Source: Eledone cirrhosa (lineage: Eukaryota). Taken from it: a DNA stretch of 64,000 bases. A model generated the notes under the pieces. That model was not told where the DNA came from, made no database searches, and was given only the letters and a program-made list of their open reading frames with translations. The stretch covers positions 31,682,001-31,746,000 of the forward strand of contig OZ024751.1 in NCBI GenBank assembly GCA_964016885.1. Direction: 5' to 3'. The translations under genes were made by a program, and so were the position numbers. Positions 37,692 to 50,100 of this stretch are shown piece after piece. Numbering within the stretch: the stretch's first letter is position 1; each line of letters begins with the position of its first letter.

Positions 37692-38242
37692 ATGGCGCCT
37701 GTTGAGGACGACATAAGTGAGGAAAATATTCTTTACAATCTCACTGTACATGCCGAATGGAAAGTGGACACAGAACCATTTGTAAATATTTTATTTGGTC
37801 TTACAATTGTTTTTGTCTTTATTTTTTGTTTGATCAAACTATTGATGGATATTTTCTGTTATTCCACATAAAACTTTAAAATGCCATTACTACGTGTCTG
37901 CTTTTGTTAAGTCGGCAATATTTATAACCCAGCATTTTCGTATTTTTCTAACTTGATTTACAATTATAATTTTACCGATATTTTAAATAGAAGCCCCATT
38001 GATTTCCCTGTTTAATTCATCAATATTTATGTATTGAAATATCTCCTACCATCTTCAACTAGACACTATAAGTGATTCTTAATAATCCAGCTCATATCTT
38101 CACCTTATATGAAATTTCATGTGTATATATTTTTTCTTATAAATAAACAAATATTCTGACATTTTTCTCGTAATTTGGATAGTTTTTAGTTTTAAAATGG
38201 TTGGATTGTTGTATAAATATATGTTAAATGGAGCAGAGTTCA

Positions 38243-38273
<31 letters not shown>

Positions 38274-41200
38274 GATTAAGTTACTAAAAGTGAATGTAGA
38301 GATGTTATAGTAGGATTTCTAACTATTGTTTGAGTATTGTATATATATTTTGGCGAAGAAATGGAATATGGCAGAGTACAAGACAGTAGATGAAACTTGG
38401 ATCCAACACACCTTTTTATTTTTATATAAACCATAATACGAATATATATTTCATTGTTTATACCTTTTTTGTGAAACATCGGGAACTTGCAAAACTTATA
38501 TAGTGTCAAAATAATTACTGAAGTTACAAATATTTACAACTGCACAAAGTGTAAATATTGTGGTTCTAAATAAACTACATCAAAATTGTTGAGAGCTCTC
38601 TTAAAATATATGTTTAATTGGGCGATATAGCTTTAATATTATATAACAAATATATAAGATTTGATATATACACAATTAAGATAGTAATTTTATTCACAGT
38701 TATATAAATAATATTACAAATTGTTTATAATTCTTAAGGAATGAAAACAAATATAAACATATGATAAAAACAATTAATTATTGCTAGGAGCCTCACAAAT
38801 ATAATGCACAAAAATATATGATCAAAGAGAAAAATACATACATATAATCAATTAATTATTTTGTTGGAACCTTATAAATATACACAAAATATATATTTTA
38901 TTTTTTTATATTTATTTCATTACTAGAGTTAAATTGCCCTGAATACCTTAATAAAAACGTCTATCGTAATAATTGATGTAATAAAACTTAAATTAATAGT
39001 AGTTTAAATGCTGACTCTACAGAATAATACACTAAAAGTTCCACATTGTTTATATTTATCTACTTTATTCTTCATAACATTAATGATAAGCGATGATCTC
39101 CGTTCTTTATTTTAACGTTTCCAAGGGATAAGTGTGTGTGGCATTCATGCCTTTCCCAGGGGCAGTAGCGACTCCAGTGCACTCAGCAATAATAATAATA
39201 ATAACGGTTTCTGATTTAGGCACAAGGCCAACACATTTTTGGGGAGGGGAAAGTCAATTAAATCGACCTAAGTGCATTACCGGTACTTTATTTAATCGAC
39301 CCGTGAGGATGAAAGGCAAAGCTATAGAGAGCTTCTATGCTGTCGCTCGCCGTGTTAGAAATACCAGCCAAATTCCCTCAAATCACTCACTGTCATATTT
39401 ATAAGTAAAGGACAGAGCCTCGTGTTATATGTCCCTAAACAAATAGGTTGGTTACTGCTGATAATAAAGGTCTATTTGATTAGGGTTGACTTTCATTAGC
39501 CGAGCCAGCAAATGAGAACCACCACATGGTTGTTCGACTACCAAGAGATAATAACCAATCCTCCCTCACATACCCCCCCCCCCCCTTAAAAGAAGAACGC
39601 ATTGGACAGTGTAGTCTTGGATATACAAAAAGATGGGATAGGCACGACTAGAACACCTTCGATTATGAAATAAAAGTCTGCTCGATTCATGTCTGGCTGG
39701 CGACCACACTACAAATCTACCGTGCTAGGTATAAAGACTATTTTGATGAGCAGAGCTGGATTAAGTTTTTAAGGACCTAAGTAAGCACTTAGGGGAATTG
39801 GTGAACTCATGAGAAAGTCAGATAGAAAGCTTTGGGTATTTGTTTTGGCTCTCAAATCCTGCAGAGGTCAACTTTGAATTTCATCCTTTTGGAGTCGATA
39901 AAGAAAAAGTACCAATCTAGTATTGGGATCGATTCTTCCTCTATATCTCTTTCTCACTTTCATTCTCTCACTCTCTCAATCCTTCCCTAGAAGAAATCTG
40001 CTGTTTTCAGACCTGGAGAGGGGTGGGCTCCGCTAGGTTTAAAGAATGCCCTTGAAACGCCCTATATCAATACGGCGCCCCTACGACTCCCTCAGGAGTT
40101 ACGGGGGCATGCATGCAAGCACTTAAAAGAAAAGAGTGCCCCTCCGCCACCTTCCATGTATATGACAAGTATATTTAATTTGAATAAAACAGTCCCCTCT
40201 TTTCTTGATGCTCTAAACATGTGCTTATTTTGCTTAATGATTAAACCCAGCCCTGCTATTTATTTTATCAACCCTCAGAAATTGAAGAACGAAGTTGATC
40301 TTGTATAATTTCAATGCAAACCTTGAAACACAACCAAACATAGTTTTATGCGTTACCATTTTTGCTTTCCTCTCGATAAAGAACTATTGGTATAAATTTA
40401 GTGACTGCAGAAGATCATCTTTCGTAATTCCGTGGGGGACAGTCTGTTGGGTTTTCGCAAATTTCTTTTTTATTTTGGTGTTTAATTCTTAACTTCAAAA
40501 TTTTTTATCAAATGCTCTGCTAACTTTGCTAATCTACTGCACTTTAGGATAAGGATTTTTACTTTAGACACAAAGTTAGTAATTTTGCAGGAGGCAACAG
40601 TCAATTATATCGATATATACTTAACTAGAACTTTACTATTGAACCTGAAAGTATGAAAATGATAATAATAATAATTGTTTCTACTTTAGACGCAAGGCCA
40701 GCAATTACCCAGTACATTACTTTATTTTATCGACCCCGTAAGGATGAAAGGCAAAGTTAATCTCGGCGGGATTTGAACTCAGGCTGTAAAGGGACGTAAC
40801 TATGCTAGAAAGCTGGCCACTAGGGCTCACATATACGGGACAATATAAAAAGACAGGGATAGTGGGGGTTTACAATAAAAAAGGCAGCAGGACAATCCTC
40901 ACTATAGATTCGGTTGATAGCCAGATCCATTCTACATGTGACAACAGCTGTTTGACATGACTCCACAAGTCAGTAATGTAGGGACACTGGATGAGTGTGT
41001 ACAGAACGGTTTTGTCGTTCTGCGCGCCATCTGACAGCACTTATAATAATAATTAATACTACATACTTTTTTCTTTTACAGTATCGTCCACAGAAAGACA
41101 GCAAAGAGCTTTCGATTTGGAATAAATTTACTTCTGCCTCACAGAGTAAGTTCTCTCTGTTTTGGTATTTCTCATTTTGTCAATTTAATCTAAAAGAGTA

Positions 41201-44049
41201 AAGAAAATGCGTTTATATCTTGTTTAAAATAAGTGAATGTAAAGACAAATAACTGATGTGACATTGTTGGTTGTTTCTATTTGTATTGTTCTATTTGAAT
41301 ATGAAAACAATATGAATTTGGCCCACCTCCAAAGCGTTTCACAACTCCTTGTCTAAAGTATGCAGATTAGACATGTTTCATAGTTTAAGTTATATATTAT
41401 ATACAATGGAGGCACATGGCTTAGTGGTTAGAGCATTGGCCTTGCAATCAAAAGGTTGTGAGTTCAATTCTCAGACCTGGTGATGTGTTGTTTCCTTGAG
41501 TAAGACACTTTATTTCACATTGCTCCAGTTTACTCAGCTGTAGAAATGAGATGATAGGGACTGGGGTCCCTATCATTCCACTGCAAAGTGATCGTGGAGG
41601 TGCCACGGCAAAAAAGCACCCAGCCCACACTGTAAATGAGGTTGGTGTTAGGAAGGGCATCCAGCTGTAGAAATCAAGCCAGAATCAGTTCTCGTCCCAC
41701 CCTTGCAACCAGGGAAAAGCGGACGTAAAATGAAATGAATGAATGATGACACATTTGCTGGTTTAACTAATATTTTATACACATATTTGATGACTTGACT
41801 TATATATTATATACACATTTGATAGCTTAACTAGTATATTATATACACATTAGTTAAGCCATCAAATGTATGTATAATATATTAGTTAAGCCATCAAATG
41901 TGTTTATATATGGTTTAACTTATATATTATACACATATTTGATGGCTTAACTAATATGTTATACATCCATTTCAAAGTTTAACTTGTTTATTATACAGAT
42001 ATTTCATAGTTTAACTTATACATACATTTCATGGTTTAACTTATTTTACAGACATTTCATGGTTTAAATTATACACACATTTGATGGCTTAACTAATTAT
42101 ACACACATTTCATGGTTTAACTTATTATACAGATATATCATGGTTTAACTTGTTTATTAGCTGAGTGGTTCAGATAATATATCACTGACTGAACAGTTAT
42201 CAGTTCAAATTATACCAAATCAACTGTAAATATTGACCATTAAAACTCTTTTATTTATTTATTGAAGGAAGTATATGGAATATTTTGAAAAATATTGGAT
42301 TATCTTTTAAGTAAGTATGAGAAATAGATTGAAATGTTTCATCTATTTTGTTTATTTTCATCATCATTATTTCATTAAATTTGATAATTTGCATAGAATT
42401 TTATTTTTTAAATTCTAGTTTTACATTATCATGATCGTTTTTCCACCTGTTTTTCCACCTGTTGGATATGCCCTTGACCACAAACTACTATTCTATGGTC
42501 TGAGGCAAATCAATTTTTAGTAAAAACTTGGTAAGTTGTCGCTGTTTTAATATTTATAGTACAATTAATTGTAATTTACCCATGAATTACAATAAAATGG
42601 AAAAAAAGGAATTTACCAAAAGGAAAAATTGAATTAGAGAACATTTTGTCCCCCTACTATCATATGTCTATTCATTTTAATGTAAAAAAAAAAAAAAAGC
42701 AGCCTATCAGCTGTATTGCTGATTAACATAAAAATTGGTGGAAATTAGCCACCTCCACATTTCTCTCATCCCACTTTTGGCCCACTCTGCCTCTTCCCCG
42801 GGATGTAATGGTCATTTTGAATTGTAGCATTTGAGATCCCTGCGTCAATTGTTATCTGCCGAGACACTGCATCCTTTAAGACACTCATGCTTCCCGAAAT
42901 ACGCCAAAACTACACCTGATGTACCCCTTCCATACACATGCACACATGTGTGTATCATGACTCGTGCACTGTTCATTTTACTGATGTTTGTACATTACCC
43001 TATGTACTGTACATGCACTTTTTTGGTGAGTTGTGGTGCACCTGGGCACTGTACACAATATTTCATTATTGTTATTATTATTATATCATGACTCATACAC
43101 TGTTCATTTTCCTGACATTTGTACATTATTCTATGTACTATACATGCACCTTTGATGAGTTGTAGTGCACCTGAGCACTGTACACAATAATTTCATTATT
43201 ATTATTATAACCTTGGCCACTAATAGTTGATATTCTTCACAGTATTTTAAACATAATTTTTAAATATTTTGTACAATAATTCAAATAATAGTTTATGGCC
43301 ATATCACACTGAAAACACTGGTTCTTGTCCGATCACCAAAGTTAAGCAATATCGAGTCTAGTTAGTACTTAGATGGGTGACTGCTTGGGAAACATAGGTG
43401 CTGTAAGTATTTCCTTTAGTCCTACCCAGGCTAGTGTGGAAAATGGACGTTAAACGATGATGGTGGTGATGATGAATTAATTTTAGTTTCAATATTTGTT
43501 TTGTATTATTCCATTACAGATCTGGTTTACCATGTTCCCTTCCTGCTGGTTTAGTCCAAATTGTCAATAGTCAGTTGGCTTGGAATATTGCTGTAGGAAA
43601 GTAAGTAATCCAGAGTGATATTTTATTTCTCTGTTCATATTTTATTAAAAAAAATTTTTTTTTTAAATCTAGAACTAGAAGTAAACAAATCTTAAGATTT
43701 ATGGCAGCGTTTGGATGATTTAAAATGTTCTAATCTAAACACAGAGTTGCTACTATGATAATAGCTTGAGAAAATCGGGTAAAATATTGTTAGAGACAGA
43801 AAATATGTGGATGCCTGCTGGCCATTTATTTTCTGTCCCTATGTATATATGTAAAAGGTAAACAGAAATAACAAAACAAACGGCACAATTCATGGAACAA
43901 ATATATTAGTTTAATGCTTGAAATAGCAGGAAGAGAGTCTTAATGTTTCGGACACTAGTCTTTCATTAGAAGAAAGTTAGAAATAGAACGTAAAGAATGA
44001 TAAGAAGGAATGGGGAAAAAAACACACGTGTATATTCAGTTGGCTATAT

Positions 44050-44101
<52 letters not shown>

Positions 44102-47100
44102 GTGAGAGAAAAGTCAGTTTGAGAAAAGGCATAGTATTTTGTACACATATTTAATACAAATAGTATTCAGGAAAAAATATATGTACTTAAGGTGGAAATT
44201 TGAATTATTGACGCTCTGAACTAAGGTCCGTTATTTAGCTTATTCAAAGAGAAACAGGGTTATCATCATCATCATCATCATCATCATTTTGCGTCCGCTT
44301 TTCCCTGCTTGCAAGGATGGGACGGGTCTTATTCAGCACAGCACCTCTCCACTTGTCACGGTCCTTTGTCATCTCCACCGTGAGCTTCAGCGATCTGAGG
44401 TCTGTTCTCACCACCTCCGCCCATGTTTTTCGTGGTCTACCTCTACCACGTCTTCCTTCAACTGGCATTTCTTCACCCATCGGTCATCCTCCATGCGCAT
44501 CACATGTCCATACCACCTCAGTCTCCTCTCTCGCACATTACATTCTATCCCTCTCAACTCAGTTTCTCTCTCAACACATTCATGCTGGGTCGTTCGCGCA
44601 CATTGACATTGCACATCCAATGGAGCATGCTCTGCAGTTGCTGCCCATGTCTCACTACCATGCAGCATCGCGCTCCTCACACAGGCATCATATAACCGGC
44701 CTATCATACATATTAAATAAATTTTATATATACACGCATACACAACATACATTATATATAACCATGTTGAGAATTTATTTTATTTTGTGGTTGCTTGAAG
44801 AATGTTCTATCAGCAAACTAGTAGAATGTGAAATGTCAGCTAGTTTGCTACTATACTGAGCAAATAATGTAAAATTTTGTTTTTTTTGCAGATGTGGTCA
44901 GCTAGTGGCTATATTACAAGACCAATTTGTAGAAATAAGGTATGTTTGTTTTCCAAAGGGTCTTTAAGGTGTATAATCTATGTTATGGTTACATGGGTCT
45001 CTGATATGTATATTTTATGTTATAGTTAGATGGGTCTCTAACATGTATATTTTATGTTATAGTTAGATGGGTCTCTAATATGTATATTTTATGTTATAGT
45101 TAGATGGGTCTCTAGGGTGTATTTTCTAACATTAACTCAAGAATTGTTTATAAAGGACTGAATATATTTTTATTTTGACTGAGTATATTTTATTGCGGCA
45201 CCAGCACTAGAGAGATTATCTTGTCTCAGTCATGTCAAAGACATGACAACCTCTCTAGAGCTACTTCCACTATAAAACACACTCAGTAGGACATGGGACA
45301 CTCGGTAGGACATGTAAGTGAAACACAGAATCCCTAGTTGTCTGGGAAGTCAGTAACCCTGCTTCAGTACTGACTCAGTCTGTGAAGACCCATCAAACTC
45401 TTGCTAGCAGGGAAAGCTGACATTAGATAATGATGATTTCACAAACAACTTATTGTAAATAAAAATTAAAATATATATGTAAACAAAGGAAGTATGTTTG
45501 GAATACGGTGAGCAAAATTTGGAATTAAAATAGAAATAGAGGCTTTGCCATAATATCTTGGCTACATAATATAGTCTAATAATTGTTTCTACGTTAGGCA
45601 CAAGGCCAGCAGTTACCCAGTGCATTACTGGTACTTTATTTTATCGACCCCGTAAGGATGAAAGGCAAAGTTAACCTTGGCGGGATTTGAACTCAGAATG
45701 GCAAGGGCCGTAACTCTATACGTCAAATAATGGCGTCCGACCCTCTACCAATACTGCCAATCCAACCTATAATATAGTCTAATAATGGAAGACTATATTA
45801 CATAGTCAAAATATTATGACAAAACTTCTGTTTCTATTTCAATAGTTGTATCCATTTTTACGACTGAATCTATTCTATATTCCGTATACTTTTTCTTCTT
45901 TTCAGATCTTCTCATGATGACTACAGCAGTATACTTGGAAGGTCTTGTGTTATGTCTGACATATGTCCTCAATGGCGTCAAATGGCTTGGAGTAGCGATG
46001 CTACTTTGCTTGCCATTTCTCACAGTAAAGGGATTGTTGAAATATTTGATATGCTTGGAAACCCTCTCTTTAGTATTCCGTCTGTAAGTTTCAATGATTC
46101 CTACCTACCTTCTCTCTTGTCTTTGTCTCATGGGTTAGTGGTTAAGGTGTTGGACTTATGATCATAATGTTGTGGGTTCGATTCCTTGACCTGGTTGTGT
46201 GTTGTGTTCTTGAGCAAAACACTTCATTTCATGTTGCTCCAGTATACTCAGCTGAAAATGAGTACCAGTGGTTGACAAAGGTTTAACTCTGCAATGGACT
46301 GACAACTATATATATGTAGATATATGGAGACGGACAGACACACACACGCATATGCATATGTAATATTTTAGTAATTCTATGTTCTAATATATTATCTGCA
46401 TGATAACCAAGTCAGTTTCTCCAAATTCAATAGTTTTAGCTTGTTAACGGTGATGATGATGATGGTTATGTTCTTAACTATTTTTAAGAAATGTAAACAA
46501 AACACACAAATACATGTTTGATATTTTCAATATTCATCTAGGCTAATGAAACACTTCCCGCCACTGTTGGACTTCCAACAGATTTAACCCACAGTATTGC
46601 TGGTCTTGTGTTTTTAGACAACCAAAAACTGAAGGATGGGTAAGTTGCATCAAATTTAAAATTTCATTATAAAATAGGGTTTATTTGAAATGTGTGCAAC
46701 CCAACGCAAATGAATATAAGAATAGTCTTCTTCTTTTCTTCACCCATTTATTCCTGAGAGGGTCATTGGGGCAGAGTTCTTAATCACTCCGTCCAGCAGG
46801 TCCTGTCAGAAGCAACTGATCCGGCCAAGTTCATGGATGTTATCCAACCATCTTACTCAGGGTCTACTCCTGGGTCTCCTGCCTGTTGGTTTCTTCCATA
46901 AAATCTGTCCAGTCAGAATAGTCAATTACTGTAAATAATTTTAGAGAAAAATCAAAGCACCCCTGGCAGTGGGTAAAGTAGATAAAGGCACCTGTGAGAA
47001 ATCAAACTCCATGTCTATCTGATCTTCTCAGCTGTTTATTTATAGTGACTGACTAATGATGATGATGATACATTTTAACCTTGCAAATTGTAAGAAATGA

Positions 47101-50100
47101 CTAAAAGAGTTGGTGCCATGGAGGGCCTCAGGCTGTAAAATATTGCCTTAAAAAGTACCGTCCAATGCATGCCAACATGGAAAAGTTAACATAAAATAAT
47201 AATAATGATGGCATTAGGAAGGGCATCCAGCCATAGAAACCAAGCCAAAATTAGTTCTGTATGAGGGAATCATGGTCCCTCGACCTGATCCCTCATAAAG
47301 GGATAGCCTGTCCTACCCATGCTAGCATGGAAGATGGACGTTAAACAATGATGATGATGAATGATGTTGAACTATTTGTCTTTCTTTCCCTTATTTTTTT
47401 CAGTTCTGCACATCTTCTGGTTGTAAACTACTTGGGGAAGTTAAACAAGTATCTTGTTGATCGTAACAGCACTTACCAACAACTACACACCTTTATGTTG
47501 ACTACAGAACATCCCCAGGGAGTGACAGCATTAGTTTATCTTCCACAACACAGTGCTCTTATTGTTGGCAGTCATGCTCCACTGGCTGCTGGCTTAGATG
47601 ACACCATGTCCCAAGCAGAACAACATGGTCTTAGTTTATGGCGTATTCTATCAGATTCTCCACATTACAAACTAGTCACTGACTATGAGCAAGATTTAAA
47701 CAGGGTAAGCTCTATTCTCTCTTTAGGGGTACATTGGATGGTAGACTTAACCCCGGTTACTGTGTGTGTGCCTTTAGCAGAGTCTACTCTGCTATGGTGG
47801 GGTAGACTTAATTTGTCACCCAGTTTAACCCCACTTAGTGGCTCCTGGGTGGTTGTGTTCAGTAGAGTCCACTCTACTATTGTGGTAGTAGGCTTGATTT
47901 GTCACCCAATTTAACCCCACTTAGTGACTCTGTGTGGTTGCCTTTAGTAGAGTCCACTCTATTATTGAGGGGAGGGGGGGTAGACTTAATTTGTCACTCA
48001 ATTTAACCCCAGTTAGTGGCTCCTGGGTGGGTGCTTTTAGAATTGTCCACTCTGTTACAAGCATTCAAACCAGGTCACTAGTTTTAGGTAACTTTTCTTG
48101 CCCTCTTGGAGCACCTAAAAAGGTCTGGGCATTACTCTTCCCTCCCTGACTAAAGATTTTAAAAAAATTTGGAAGAATTTCTACTTTATTTTAGTAATTT
48201 AATTTTCCTTGCGTTCTATAAATTAATGGGGTAGAACATTCTGTGACATTAAAATATATTTATAAGAAAAAATACCACAATAATTCATAAATTGCAATAA
48301 ACTTCATGATGGCATCTTTTCAAATGACAACATAAATGTGTAATACCACTTCCTCACTTTTCAAATGACAACATAAATGTGTAATACCACTTTTTCACTT
48401 TGTTTTAGTGTTGCAATTTATATTATAGTTGTAATATAATTGATTGAATTAATAGTATTGAACTTCTGTTGGAAGAGTTGATTGTTAACTCTTAACATCC
48501 TGTAATGATTTAGCAGGAAATATATGAAATTAAATTTGTTAATTCAAATGTTTATAGTATCTTTACTAGTGGACAAGGCATTGTGAAAATTTGTAATATT
48601 ATCTGATCATCCTGTAATGATTTAGAAGAAAATATATGGAATTGGATTTGCTAATTCAAATGTTTATATTATCTTCACTGATAGTAGATAACCAAGAGTT
48701 TAGTTAATTTGGTATACAGTGACAAAAAACAATGGAAAAAAACAACAATTATGTTAGACATTATAAATCTTAACCCTTTCATTACCAACTTACCCTAAAC
48801 AAGCTTTGCTTCTATGAAACAGAACCATCTATTTTTAAGGGTTCCTATTCAAATTAACATCTCAGAAAACAATTTTATATGAGAAGCATATGTTATGTTC
48901 CTATCTTAGCAATGAAATAATTTATAATTTTATTAAATCCCTTCAAATTCTTCATTAACCTTTTTGATTCCAAACCACCTGAAACCAACTTTACTTTTAT
49001 TAAATGAAACCACCCATTTTAAAGGGTTCCTATTTAGATTTAAATCTTCTAACATAATTTTATATAAGAATTATATGGTACGTTAATATCTTAGTAATAA
49101 ATTAATTAATAATTTTAGTAAATCCATCAAAATTCTTCATTAATAAACAGAAATTGAGTGGATTTCATGAGAAATATGATCACTAAGGTTAATACATCTA
49201 TAAAATTTCTACTGGGGGTAATTTTTTATAAAAGCTCCCAGCAGCTTGCTAATTTTTATAATTTTCTTTTCAGTGTAAACAAAAGAGTTTTTTGAAGAAA
49301 TTATTTCTTTTACCCAAATTATCATGGAAAAATAGCAAGGTATGTAATCTTTAATTTATTTATTCTAGAAACAAAAGGTTGTTTTATTGTTTTGTTTCAG
49401 TTCATCTAGTTGTTGGGAATCGGTATCAGAGTTCATGCTACTGTGTTTACCCTCAAATATATTCTTCTTAGCACAAAAACTGGTCATGACCAAAACTTAT
49501 GTATTGAAAAGATGGATGACTTGTGCATTTGGCTGTCAAACAAAATACTTAAAGTTCCACTTAGTTCACTCTGTAAAATGTTAGTGTTGATGCCACGATA
49601 AAATGTTCCTCGCCTACTCTGTAAAATGGTAGTGTTGATGCCATGATAAAAATCACCTAGTCCACTCTGTAAAATGGTAGTATTGATAAAATGCTCCTCA
49701 CCTACTCTGTAAAAGGTAGTGCTGGTGTCATGATAAAAAAACTTCCAGTCCATCCTGTAAGGTGGTAGTTGTGGTGACACAATAAAATACACCCAGTCCA
49801 TCTTGTAAGGTGGTAGTTGTGATGCCACAATAAAATACATCCAGTACATGCTGTGTTAGGTGATTGGTGTTGGGAAGGGCATTCACCTGTAGAAACCATA
49901 TTCCAGAATGGAACATCTGAGTGAGACATGACCAACTGACCTGTCTAGCCACAGAACTTAACAAGCCATCTAATGTATACAAGCATGGAAAATAGATGTT
50001 AAATGGTGATGATGATGGTTGTAGTTGTGATGATGGTGACAATGTTGGTGGTGGTGGTGATGATAATGATGAAGATGATGATGATGGTTGTTGTGGTGGT

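Noticed and set aside
39751-40255. hAT-like MITE (CAGAGCTGGATT...AACCCAGCCCTG)
   Set aside because: TIR match is short and imperfect and no 8-bp TSD is visible
43291-43409. Functional 5S rRNA gene
   Set aside because: Solitary and intronic, with CpG-type decay, no clean T-run terminator and a retroelement tail
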